Origin: Diplonema japonicum
Lineage: Eukaryota > Protista > Euglenozoa: Diplonemea
Length of the DNA stretch: 64,000 bases
Direction: 5' to 3'
NCBI GenBank assembly: GCA_964019335.1
Contig: OZ025687.1
Location: forward strand, 62,001 to 126,000
Shown here piece after piece: positions 45,404-55,800 of this stretch (positions are counted from its first letter, which is position 1; each line of letters begins with the position of its first letter). The notes under the pieces were generated by a model that searched no databases, was not told the origin of the DNA, and saw only the letters and a program-made list of their open reading frames with translations. The position numbers were made by a program, and so were the translations under genes.

Positions 45404-45546
45404 GGTGGATTCGCCAGACCCCCCTTTTGGCCAGGATGTTGGCAGGTTTGCCCAGGAACCGCCCTCGTGGAGGCTCCACCTCGGCCTTTTGGTGGCATTT
45501 TGTCTTCGCGACTTTTGATGTTAAAAACCCGAAACCCAGTGTTCCC
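45404..45546 (-). ncRNA. HDV-like self-cleaving ribozyme at the retrotransposon 5' end
   Basis: P1 GGGAAC(45546-45541)/GUUCCU with G1-U wobble; P2 GGUGGA/UCCACC; P3 GCC/GGC; L3 UCCACGAG; P1.1 GG; imperfect P4; J4/2 CGAA. Confidence 0.85.
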
Positions 45547-45603
45547 TGGTAAAAAAAATAATTCTACCCGAAACCCAGTGTTCCCTGGAAAAAAAATAAT
45601 TCT
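45527..45603. repeat. Tandem direct duplication (39 + 38 bp) at the retrotransposon 5' junction
   Basis: acccgaaacccagtgttccctgg(t)aaaaaaaataattct occurs twice. Confidence 0.95.
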
Positions 45604-45672
45604 ACTTTTTCTTGTCAAAAAAAAGGGAGGGAATGATGAAATGAAGTAATCTGAAATTATCGCACCCCCTTA

Positions 45673-45772
45673 GGGCTATGTTGGTAAAGAAAACACGTTT
45701 CCAAGCTTTCTTTTGAAAATAAGGAAACGAAAACAACGAAAACGTATCCCGTTTTCCTACCAAACATAGCCC
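45673..45772. mobile_element. ~100-bp MITE-like element with PIF/Harbinger (Tourist)-type terminal inverted repeats
   Basis: Left end gggctatgttggtaaagaaaac; right end (reverse complement) gggctatgtttggtaggaaaac. TTA on the left flank; the right flank runs into poly(C). Confidence 0.55.
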
Positions 45773-45899
45773 CCCCCCCCCCCCCCCCCCCCTCTTTTTT
45801 CTTCTTTCTTCTCTTTTATGCGGTACTTTACAATATGCGTGGCGGGAGAAAGTTAGTGCTTAACATTTTGTGACACACGGCGGGGGAAAAAAAAAGAAG

Positions 45900-46015
45900 A
45901 AAAAAAAAATATATGAGTTAAAGGAGGCCGGTGTTGGCGGCGCCCTGTGAAAAAAAAAAAAAAAAAACATATATATATGAGTTGAAGGAAGTCTTTGTGG
46001 GACGCCCTTGTTCTC
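45900..46015 (-). mobile_element. Two very short 3'-terminal stubs of the second retrotransposon family
   Basis: atatgagttaaagga and atatatatgagttgaaggaagtctttgtgggacgcccttgttctc match 34002-34048. Confidence 0.75.
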
Positions 46016-46373
46016 CTAAATCTCCTAAAAATTAAACACAAGTTTTTTTTCTTTCTTTTTTTTTTTTCTGAAAAACTTTAACAAAAGTGAACCTTTGGAC
46101 ATTTCCTTTTCGATTTTTCCCTGTGTTGCCCCCTGGATTTCACTTACTGAGGAGACTATGGTTTTTAGGCGGGACACTTTACGGATCTGAAGGGTGAATA
46201 AATAAATAAATACATAAAAACTAAAGTAATTCAAGTGCCCCCCACGCTGGATGCTGTGGAAAGTGCGCCTGAGCACCCGGCACCCGCCCGTGGGACGAGT
46301 GAGTTGGCACCTGTGCTATCGGTGACACCGTCCTAGTTTGTTTTATTTTTTTGTTTTGTTTTCCCCACTACTA

Positions 46374-46886
46374 TCATACGTTGAGACTAAAATCGGTAAA
46401 CATGTTACCAGAGTTATCCATTTCCACAACAGCAACGGGCGGGCGGTCACCTTCACTAGACATGTCCGATAAACTATCATCTGGGTCAGGCAGGTTCTCT
46501 AACCTTGTCCCAGACATCCACACCTCAGTGGACATGATCTTAGCAGGGGTCAAGTACTTCTTCTTGTTGCAAAATGACCCGGAGGATAAGCTGGACCCGG
46601 CGGATTCTTTCCTGTCAAAGTCGGACGTGTCACTCGCCATGATCTTTTCCCTGATGTCCTTGGCCCCCTTGGGATGTTTCGGGGTTGACAAGACGCTCCC
46701 CTCATTGTCCGGTTTCTCCACCGGCTTCGCCTTCTTCTTCTTCTTTTTCTTTTTCTTCTTCTTCTTCGCCTTCGTATCAATATCCGTTCTCTTGCTCTCG
46801 AACTCCTTGTTGTTTACCAAATCGGTGAACTCCCCCTTCACGGGCTTTTGTTCATGTTGTTTACTTAACGATGCTGAACAGCCCAT
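46374..46886 (-). CDS. Hypothetical protein with MGCxxS myristoylation/palmitoylation motif and poly-Lys patch
   Basis: MGCSAS start and a 170-aa ORF on the coding strand. Confidence 0.6.
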   Translation of the reverse strand: MGCSASLSKQHEQKPVKGEFTDLVNNKEFESKRTDIDTKAKKKKKKKKKKKKAKPVEKPDNEGSVLSTPKHPKGAKDIREKIMASDTSDFDRKESAGSSLSSGSFCNKKKYLTPAKIMSTEVWMSGTRLENLPDPDDSLSDMSSEGDRPPVAVVEMDNSGNMFTDFSLNV

Positions 46887-47018
46887 ACCCAGACATGAGG
46901 CAACAGTCTCCTGTGCTGTGGGTTATGAGTAGAAAGAACAAAAAAAAAAGGCTAGAAAAGAAAAGAAAGTGGTTTAAGAAGAGGTGTAAAGGAGAAGATA
47001 AAAACAAAGATACTATTA

Positions 47019-48308
47019 TTACCGCCGCTTCTTAGACTCCCCTACCGTTGCCATCAACGCAGACCGCTGTGCGATGTCTTTGTGGTAAAGGTTGAGGGTC
47101 CGCACCAGCTGCTGCATAGGGCGTATAGTGCACATGGTGACCAGCACGGAAACAATGACGACAGCAATGATGATGATGATGGTGATGGTGAGGAGCTTGG
47201 TGCGCTCTGTGGAGATGGTCGCGAAGAGGTCAGACTCGGGGATGAGCAAGCACGCCACCCACGACAAGCCATACCCATCAGTAATGTCTGAAGTGTCAAT
47301 AAAGTACACGACCCCATCAAGGGTCACGGTGTCGCGGTACGACGATGGCAGGTCTTTGAAGGACCCGAACTTGCCCAGCAGCGCGAAAGCAGCCGCCTTG
47401 ACAGGTTTAATCGGCGTGTTCGTGATGGTGTATCTCTCAACGTAGCTGCCGATCCTCTTGTAAGATGGTATCGAGTAGCTGCTGGCGACTATGGCACCCG
47501 TCCGCTCGAACAGGAACAGATCGCTTTTGGGCGTCGGACGGCTTTCTTGTAAAAAGAGCGACACCTTGTCCAAAGTGTGGTCGGAGGCCACAACGCCTAC
47601 CCAGTCCGAGGGAGCCGCGGAATACCCCAACTTGGCAACTGCTGTGACCGCCATCGTCCCGTCGACAGAGGTGTAAACGTCAGTCCAATTCTTCTGCCCC
47701 GGTTCGTAAAAAGCGGCCTGTCGGTACCAATCTCGTTTTGTGGGATCGTAGCCTAGGACCTCCTTCGTCGTCGCGAGCTGTGTGTTGTCCGTTGTGTTCC
47801 GTAGATGGATCTTCAGTGATTTCTCGTTTGGGGAGATCCTTTCCCATGAGTACATGGTGTCTGACTCCACGGACTCGTACAGAAGGATCAGGCCGTTCTG
47901 GTTCGCCACGTAGATAAGAGATGCAGCGTTGCGTGTCGCCTTAAGCTGCGCGGTGAGGTCGTGGAACAGATGGTCGGTGGTCTTTTTATAGTTGCTGAAG
48001 TTTTTGTTCGGGTTGAACGCTGTTTGCAGCGCGCCCCTCTCCCACTCTTCCACAGCAGTGTCGCACCACACTAATGGCCACATCATGAATTCCGTGATCT
48101 GCGTCTCTAAGTTGTTCAAAGCAACATCTCGTATCTTATGCGAAATGCTCACTCCGCACGTCTTCACCTTGTCAATACCTTCCCATCCCAATACCACCCC
48201 CACACCCAATACAAACAGCGATGGCACCAAGAACAGCAGTCTTATCTGCAGGACCAGCGTGTTGACCCTGTCCGTCGTCTTCGATGTCGTTGCTGACAGC
48301 TTCGTCAT
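47019..48308 (-). CDS. Two-TM sensor protein with extracellular dCache-like domain and no catalytic output domain
   Basis: TM1, then YDPTKRDWY...NWTDVY...VGVVASD.TL..VS.FL...LFERTGAIVASS...YGLSW....IPESD, then TM2 and RPMQQL (HAMP-like start), then stop. Confidence 0.75.
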   Translation of the reverse strand: MTKLSATTSKTTDRVNTLVLQIRLLFLVPSLFVLGVGVVLGWEGIDKVKTCGVSISHKIRDVALNNLETQITEFMMWPLVWCDTAVEEWERGALQTAFNPNKNFSNYKKTTDHLFHDLTAQLKATRNAASLIYVANQNGLILLYESVESDTMYSWERISPNEKSLKIHLRNTTDNTQLATTKEVLGYDPTKRDWYRQAAFYEPGQKNWTDVYTSVDGTMAVTAVAKLGYSAAPSDWVGVVASDHTLDKVSLFLQESRPTPKSDLFLFERTGAIVASSYSIPSYKRIGSYVERYTITNTPIKPVKAAAFALLGKFGSFKDLPSSYRDTVTLDGVVYFIDTSDITDGYGLSWVACLLIPESDLFATISTERTKLLTITIIIIIAVVIVSVLVTMCTIRPMQQLVRTLNLYHKDIAQRSALMATVGESKKRR

Positions 48309-48377
48309 TCTAAATGTGTAAATCTGCGTGCAGGGTCAAAAGGGAAACCCGCTTGACGATATAAGCTATTGCGTATA

Positions 48378-49780
48378 TTAAGCAGTGCCGCTCTCTAAGC
48401 TGTGTATCCTTTTGTACAGGACAACTTTCTCCATGTCGGTGACGCGCTTGATCTCGTTGATTTGCTCGATGTGGCGCCGCTGCATGGCCTCGACTTCTTC
48501 ATTGGCCAAACGCAGCTTTATCGTAAACGCATCCCGCATGGAGCGCAGCTCGTCGCTGAGGAAAGAGTCGATGTCCTCGCAATCTTTGGTGTCGACAATG
48601 TGCTGCAGGCGGAGCTTCGCGTCGTTGGCAGAGTTTAGATCGCTTGTCATCTGCAGGAGCTGCCTGCCCTCGGAAGCCCGCCGCCCTAGAGACGCCTCCA
48701 CCATGTCGATGCGCTTGTCCCGCTCTTCAAGCTGTTGCTCGAGCTGCTTGCACTTCTGGGACAGCTTGTTGGTTCTGTCCTGAGTCTCTACCGCCAGGTT
48801 CACGCCCTCTGCCATGGTGTCTGACAACTTCCGGATCCTTTTCTCTGTACCATCGAGGACGCCTCTGTACTCGTGCAACATCTTCAGGTTGTCGTTCAGA
48901 TCCAACGCTATCTCCGTTGCGAGCTTCTCGACGTCCCTGCTGCACAGCGTTGGGTACTGCTCGTTGATCAGTAGGCGCACCTCACGCTCAGTTATTAGAG
49001 ACGCGCGCTTATCCTCCATGTTGGGGGCGGCGCTTTCAGTACTGCGTGATGTGCCCAATGCCTTGCGTGAGGCTGTGCCACTGAAGAGCCGGTGCAATCC
49101 TGACGACGGGAGTGCATCAGCATCCACAGAAGCCTCCTGTGCATTGTTCAGCCTCGAAGTCAACACATGCACGTTCCGTGTTTCTTCTGCCAATGAGAGT
49201 GAAAGCCTTGCCACCTTGTCGCTGGTTCTTCTTTGTTCCTCACTCATGTCATTCAGTTCCTTCCTCAGTTTTCCTATGTCTTGCACTCTTCGGGTGCTCA
49301 CCTTCCTCTCTTCTTCCAGCTCAGTCTCCACTTCTCGCTGCTTCCGCAGGCCGTCTTCCAACGCTGCAGATTTAAGCACTAAATTCTTCTCAAGCTGTTG
49401 TGAGTTTCTTTTTTTTTTTTTAGTGCAGTACTGCATACGTTTTGTATTTGATGCTGCAAGCGGTGTAGTAGCTCTACCTTGCCGCGTGCTTGCAACGTTT
49501 CTTGCATGTTTTCCGCCGCCTCAACCGGATACAGGGGTGTCCCTTCTAAAGGGTCTTTGAACACCGTTCCATCCCCTTTGCTGGTGCACGCTGTGGTTTT
49601 CATAAGCTGCATTATGCTTGTCAGCAGTGCTTCTGTCAAGACCAGCCTTGTTTCAAGAGGGTCACGGTTTCCTCGCATCTGCCTGTCGAGCCACGTGCCC
49701 ATCCCCACCGGTGCGTCAGGCCGCATAGCATGGAGTTTCAAGATGTCATTTTTAACTTGTGTGATCCAATCCGCAGACAT
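48378..49780 (-). CDS. Coiled-coil protein; intron 49395-49438
   Basis: Two ORFs joined in frame by a 44-nt GTATGC...CAACAG intron; heptad-rich. Confidence 0.7.
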
Positions 49781-49823
49781 CTGGGTGTGTAACCACTCGG
49801 CATGCTAGACAGAAGAAAGTTAT

Positions 49824-50762
49824 TTAGTGAAACAACGGTGTGACATGCAGTAGGTATGCATCACCAATGTTGTCAAGCACCGGAAGGTGCCGCCAGAGGT
49901 ATTCAGAGCCGGTGGTGACTCTGCGGAAGCGGAGGACACCTCCTTCAAGGTGGTACTTTAGGCATGCTGTCACATTGCTTGTGCTGGGCAGCATGATGAC
50001 GGCTTGAGACCTTCTTGAGAGATGTGTTGCAAGTGCGTCGAAAAAGCGACAGTCCTGCATAGAAGGCGACGTTGCAAGGACAAGGTCATACGGGCCAAGA
50101 GCGTTGATGCCGTGCTTCGTCGTGGCATTGGCAAAAAGCCAGTCATAGTGTGCAGTGAAGATGTGGAGGGGTGTCCTGTCCTGCAAGGTGCTTTGCATCG
50201 CGGCTACCGTTGATCGCTTGGTGGCAGTTGCCACAACCCTTGCGCCTCTTCGTGCTAAAGACGTCGCGAGAAAGGTGTTCTCAGCAGAGAGTTCCAAAAC
50301 TCTTCTGTGCTCCCATGCGCTCCGTCTTCCTCCCCCCACCATCCATTTTGCTTCGCCTACATATCTCGACATCACCACCTCTGCACATATTTCTCTGTAA
50401 TCCCCTACAATTACATCCCCCTCTACGTACCCGTACCCACGCCCGTGCTCCAACACCCCATCTTCGTTGCTTTCGTCTAGCTCCAAGCCTTTCCCAACAG
50501 CCAACCCCTCTCCCACCCAGAACACCAACCCAATCACTGCAGCAGGCAACACACAGGACAGCCCCTTATAAATCTTAGCTATCTCAATGTGCGTACTTTC
50601 GTCCTCTCGAGTTTGCATATTTAGTATGTCAGCATGAAGTTTGTCCTGCATGGCGTGGGACTGGTAATGGAATCGAAGGGAAACTAAAGAGTCGGTACCG
50701 GTAGCAAATTCTGAGGCGAAAACTGCGTACAAGAATAAAACATGTAAAAGACAGCCCCACAT
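49824..50762 (-). CDS. Divergent class I SAM-methyltransferase-like protein with N-terminal signal/hydrophobic segments
   Basis: RRVLELSAENT (degenerate motif I), ARRGARVVAT, YDLVLA. Confidence 0.5.
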   Translation of the reverse strand: MWGCLLHVLFLYAVFASEFATGTDSLVSLRFHYQSHAMQDKLHADILNMQTREDESTHIEIAKIYKGLSCVLPAAVIGLVFWVGEGLAVGKGLELDESNEDGVLEHGRGYGYVEGDVIVGDYREICAEVVMSRYVGEAKWMVGGGRRSAWEHRRVLELSAENTFLATSLARRGARVVATATKRSTVAAMQSTLQDRTPLHIFTAHYDWLFANATTKHGINALGPYDLVLATSPSMQDCRFFDALATHLSRRSQAVIMLPSTSNVTACLKYHLEGGVLRFRRVTTGSEYLWRHLPVLDNIGDAYLLHVTPLFH

Positions 50763-50846
50763 GAGGACAGCGGAACTGGCCCGGGTAGAATCATAACCCG
50801 TAAAAATGTTGCCAACGTTCTCCTAATGTTTAGACAAATCGAAGAC

Positions 50847-52670
50847 TCATGCTCGCGCAACGCAGTGCTTGTGTGCTAGGCAGTTCCCACCCTGTATGTA
50901 AACCGAAGGCTGGACTAGGACTCCTGCGTTAGTTTTACTATGTTAAGATAATGCATACGCGTGAGAGGATCGATGGCACCGAAGTGGCGACAGTAAGGAC
51001 ACGCCGTCAGGGTCATGCTGTTGACGATGACTTTGGAGCAACTCCGCATCGACTCCAGCGTGGCAGGTGTGCCGTCTTGCATCTTGTGCATCATTGCGGA
51101 AAAGCTTGAGGTGAGGTGCTGCAGGGCAACATGCTTCGTGCGGCCCAACACAAGGGGTGAACTTCCAGTTTCTTCCGCCGGTCCGTGAAGCTGTGTGTCG
51201 TGACTTCCCTTTAAAAATACATACATGAAGCGACCACTTCGACACCTCACCGTCGTCGCCAATGGCAGCGCTCGTGACCTTCATATCAAGCAGCTGTGTC
51301 TTCATCACAGACAAGCAAGTCCCTTCAAGGCTGGACTCCTCTGTCTTCCTGCGTTTGCTAACTGTTCCCTGCAGCACATCAATCACTTGTTTCGCGAGAG
51401 CAGCTGCCTCAGAGCAGTGAGGCGCAACAATGTTTCGCACCCACTTCTTCACAGCAGGGATATCCTCGGCATCGGCACCAGCTGTGCATGCCTCGATGAC
51501 CGCCTCGCAGCACCGCTGGACACCAAGGGCCACAAGTTTGTTCTCTTCGCTGTCCAACTTCATCTCTGCGACTTTGGCGTCCACAAGCAGCACTTCACAG
51601 GCACGGAGAAGGCTCCTCGTCAAGCTGGAATCATTGCTAGTCGTCATTGCCCGCCTACACCGCAGTACCTCGTCAGCCAGCACCGAGATCCTCCTCAGCA
51701 GCGGCGGGCGGTTTTCAGTGCCCATTACAACAGGCACCTCCGCACTCTGCTCTTCTTTTTCTTCTTCCTCTCTCTTCCGCTTTCTATCCAGCAGACGTTT
51801 CTTCTTAGCTTCCGCCTCTGTTTTGAGACGAGCTTCGTCCTCTCGCTTCTTGCTATCCGCGGTTTTCTTCGATTCCTCTTCTTGCCTTGCAACCTCTTCC
51901 TGCCGCTTTTGCTCTTCCGCTTTTTTCCGTTCCCGGTCTTTCTTCTCGGCCTCTTGCTTCTGTTTCAATTGCTCTTCTCGTTTTCGTTCCTCGTTTTTTC
52001 GTTGTTCCTCCTCTTTTCGTGTTGTTTCTTTTTGCTGTTCCGCCCGTTGGGCAACTGTGGCTTGGCTGCTTGAAGGTGCTGTTTTGCTTGCATGCTCAGC
52101 TATTATGTCTGCCGCAGGGCTGCCGTATTGGCGGGCAAAGGTTTCTGCGTTTCTGCCCTTTAAGTCCTTTAAGGTTGTCGAGCAGTTGGCATTGAGAAGA
52201 AGACGCACGATTTCGAGGTATCGGTGGCCAGCAGCCATGTGGAGTGCTGTCTTCTTGTCTGGGCCTGTGGCGTTCACGTCGTGGCCGTTCTTGATGCACC
52301 CCTCAACCTTTGCGATGTCGTTGGCATGTGCTGCAATCGTGATCTCCGGTTGTTGCTGCACTGCCGGGCGCTTCTGTGCCGTGCTACTCCCTGAAGAAGG
52401 GGTCCATTCTGCGATGAACTTTGCCATGGCAGTCTGCTTATACGCCGCAGCGTACTGCTCCGCATTCCTTTTTTTTGAGTCTTCTTTCGACCTGCTCGCA
52501 CCTGCTTTCAGTAGCAGCATCACCACTTCTTTGCGCATATACACCGCAGCATGGTGCAGCGCCGTCTTGCCGTCCGGCTCTACGGTGTTCACATCTGTTC
52601 CTTTCTGCAGCTGCCTTGCCACCTCACCCACATCGCCGCTTGCAGCTGCGCTCACTAGTGGATGCACCAT
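50847..52670 (-). CDS. Ankyrin-repeat protein with charged coiled coil and C-terminal MED27-like Zn-binding region; introns 51191-51224 and 50924-50958
   Basis: Two ankyrin blocks (GKTALHHAA, KKTALHMAA). Spliced tail ...CPYCRHFGAIDPLTRVLVQPSVYIQGGNCLAHKHCVARA*. Confidence 0.75.
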
Positions 52671-52834
52671 CTTTCCTGTGCAGGGCTTGTGGTGTGTGCG
52701 CAGATCATGTGATTGATGACTACTAATGACAAATAAATACTTGAAAGAAACAAGAACGGAGAAACGCAATGTTATGAACAAAGAGTCCGAAGGCTCATTA
52801 AAGGGAATCTAAAAATAAACACCATTGAAGATGT

Positions 52835-55800
52835 TCAGTAGCGTGGGACATCTATGCTGTCCATGTACGAGAGGTGCTCTAGGTTCACGGGGCGAGAGGT
52901 CCTGCGATGCCTGCGAGGGGACGGTGGGGGCGTAACTGGGCGCGGATCCCAAGAGGCGGACCAGACGTTGGAATGACTGATGACAGTCCTCCTAAGGTGG
53001 TCCAACCACTCGGTGCGCTCTGCAACACTCGACGCACAAAAGCGATGCTTAAGCCCGCTATTTGTCTCGATGCTGAACCCCAGCTGCTGGTACTTACTCA
53101 CAGGCGGCGGCCTGCCGGTGTCAATGAACATCTCAATCTCCACAGCAAGTATCTTGTCCAGACTTAGACTTGATACGGGCACGTTGGCACCCCTGGGGAT
53201 AGTGGGCGAGTAGTACAATACACCTTCTTCCTCCTCTATCCACATGAACAGCTGCTTCCAAGAAGCTTTCTGCAGCCCGTCAAGTGATGCTAGCAACCAG
53301 CCACTGCATTCAGCGATGGGGGGCGACGCGGGTCTGCTCGGCGAGGTGTAGGGCTTCACAAGCTTCCGCCGCGATGTGAGCCTTTCGACGAGCTCGTCCC
53401 TGCAAGATGATTCGATCGCCAGTCGCGCATCCGCCTCTTCCACCATGAGCTTGCCGACGACATCGCCTGTCCGCTTTGAGGACCTTGTGAGCTCGTCGCG
53501 CTGCCTTCGCACCTCACCCAATGCACGTTCCAACTCGGAAACCTTACTTTCCTCCAACGAGAGTAGCTCGCGCAGCATGTTGTTCTGTTCTTGCAAAGTG
53601 CTAGCAGGACGCTCGGCAGGCACAGGGGGTCTCCTGCGCAACATGCTGACAAGGTCCGTGCACCCTTCTTGCCACTGTGCCATCAGCGCGTACCGAGCTG
53701 CTGTCTCCAAAGCTATCAGGATGGAGAACTCGGTGCTCCGCGTGGGAAGCAGCCTCTCCACGCGGCTCAGCTCCGATTCATGCAGTGCTGCAACCAGCTG
53801 TGAATCTTTCGCGTGCTGCACATGCCGCTTCCTCACGTCGTCTAGCTGTATAATGAGTTTCTTCTGCTCACGCATGGACTCGTTTAGCGCCTCCTCGAGT
53901 TCTATTCTGCGCCTGCGTTCCCTATCGAGTGTGTCTCGTGTGTCGCGCAGGCAAGCAGCTGACTTGTGTGATGCTAGCTGTGACTCCGCAGACAGCTCTT
54001 CTTGCAACTTCCGCTTCTCCCTTTCACCCCTCTCAGATCTGTGTTGAAGTGCCTCAAGCTTTTCTATCATCGCGAGTTTCTCCTTCTCAGCCCTCTCACA
54101 TCGTGAACGGATATTCTTCTCCTGCTGCATCCAGTATCGTTCCCGTTCTTCTAGCTTCCGCTTCAACTTTCCTTCGGTTTCTATCAAGTTAGTTTCCGCG
54201 GTGTTGAGTTTTGACTTCCACTGCTCCTCTACACGGCAGAGAAGCTCCTGCTCTTCAAGGAGCACATGTCTGAGCCTGCTGTCCGCTCTGTCTATCGTGG
54301 TGCGCATAGAGGCAAGCTCTATTTCGTTGGCATCAAGACGCCCCTTCAGCTCAGCCTTGTCGTTCTCCACCAGCCAGTGCAGTTCAGTCACCCGTGCAAG
54401 TTCGTCACGTGCCCTGGTGGCCTCCCGCTCCAGTTCCACTTGGCGCAGGCGCCACTCCTTGTCGCGGTTGTTCCACTCCCCCTCCCTCTCAGCCATGGTT
54501 GCAAGTAGCCTGTCTGCTTCCTCGAAACTCTCCGCCTTCGCTATCCGAGGCTGCAGCATATTACGCACATCCTCAAGCCTCTTGCTGTGCTCTGATCCCA
54601 GTTCGGACAGTAGCTTCCTTTCGCGTTCCTGTAGCTGGAGAGCTTTTTGCTGCATCTGCTTTTCATGATCTGCTATTCTCTCTTGGTTCCTCTCCCTCAG
54701 TTCCCTCTCGTGTTTTATTTCCTTGTGCAAGTTGGCCAGCTCGCTTGCCACCAATGTGTCGTCCTCGATACTAGTGCTGTTGTTGAAGTTGTACGAAGGA
54801 GTCTGCGTTGCCCTGTGCGGGCTATCCTCCATTGATGTCACGTTGTCCGAGAAAGTGACGCGTGGCACTGTTGGCGGTGCCGATGTGGTGGGGGAGTGCA
54901 CTGGTGTGCCTTCTAGCGAATCGTCCCAATCATCATCGTCTTCGACCACGAAGAAGCCCATCGACGCTTCGAGGTACCTGCTTGCAAGGGCGCCCAGCTC
55001 GGCTTCCTCTTTGGCGGAGATAAGTCGTCTGCCTTTCTCTTCGTCCTCCATGACCCGCCGCCTTCCCACTTCGCACACGTGCGCGTAGTGCTTGTCTCTC
55101 TCCCATTCCAAGTCATGGAACTCATCTGCCAGCTGCCTCTCGACACCCAACCTCTGCAGCACTTCCTCATCTTCGACAGACCTGAACATCAGCAGCTTCG
55201 CAGCATCGATCTCAATCTCGCGGCTCGTGTCCTGCAGCAGCAGCAACGACTCAGCTTCCTCCTTCAGGATCTCTGCCCGTGTCAGACCCTCATCCCTCAC
55301 GAAGGACTGCCGCTGCAGTCTGTGCACCTGGCTCTGCTCGTAACGCTCCGCTGCGAGTTGCCTCTGCCGCATGTCTTCATCTTCACGCTTTGCCTTCAAT
55401 TCGTTCATCTCTTGCCGGTGCCGTTCTTCGGCATCTATCCTTTCCAGCCGCAGCTTTTCCTTTGTTGCAAGCAGCTGCTTCTCGTGCTCCTGTTGTTATG
55501 TTGAATTGTTTCCATCGCATACCTGGCGGTCTTCCCACGCTTGTCTGTCTTCCTTCTCTCGTTCTTCCCTCTCGAGGCTCATCTGGCGCGTCTCCTCCTC
55601 ACGCATGGCTAGGAGTTCTTGAAGCTGTTGGGTTTCGGTTGCTTCTTTTTTCTGTCTGGCCTCTGCTGCTTCCGCGTCATTAATCGCTTTGAGTTCTGTC
55701 ATCTTTGCGGCAAGCGCGATGTCCTGCTTGACACGCCCCTCCTCGAGCGCTTGTTGCTGTGAAGAGAGGCGGTCAGCGGCTTCTTTTTCCCGCGTGGCGC

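Larger units (their letters stand above)
38890..45546 (-). mobile_element. Near full-length APE-type non-LTR retrotransposon: 5' HDV-like ribozyme, OTU-ORF1, UGA, APE-RT-zinc finger, C-terminal domain, 3' stem-loop
   Basis: Intronless GC-rich block with APE and RT motifs. Its 3' end is repeated at ~11521 and ~63570. No clear target-site duplication found. Confidence 0.95.

Noticed and set aside
45376-45498. Upstream ORF MPPKGRGG... with a formal A AAG GGG -1 slip into ORF1
   Set aside because: It overlaps the ribozyme core, which already explains the sequence, and G-rich heptamers are not canonical slippery sites. It is not fully excluded as the ORF1 start.
45527-45603. CRISPR-like repeat
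   Set aside because: Only two adjacent units with no spacer and no cas genes, in a eukaryotic context.
38860-45620. Target-site duplication around the retrotransposon
   Set aside because: No convincing direct repeat beyond low-complexity A-runs.
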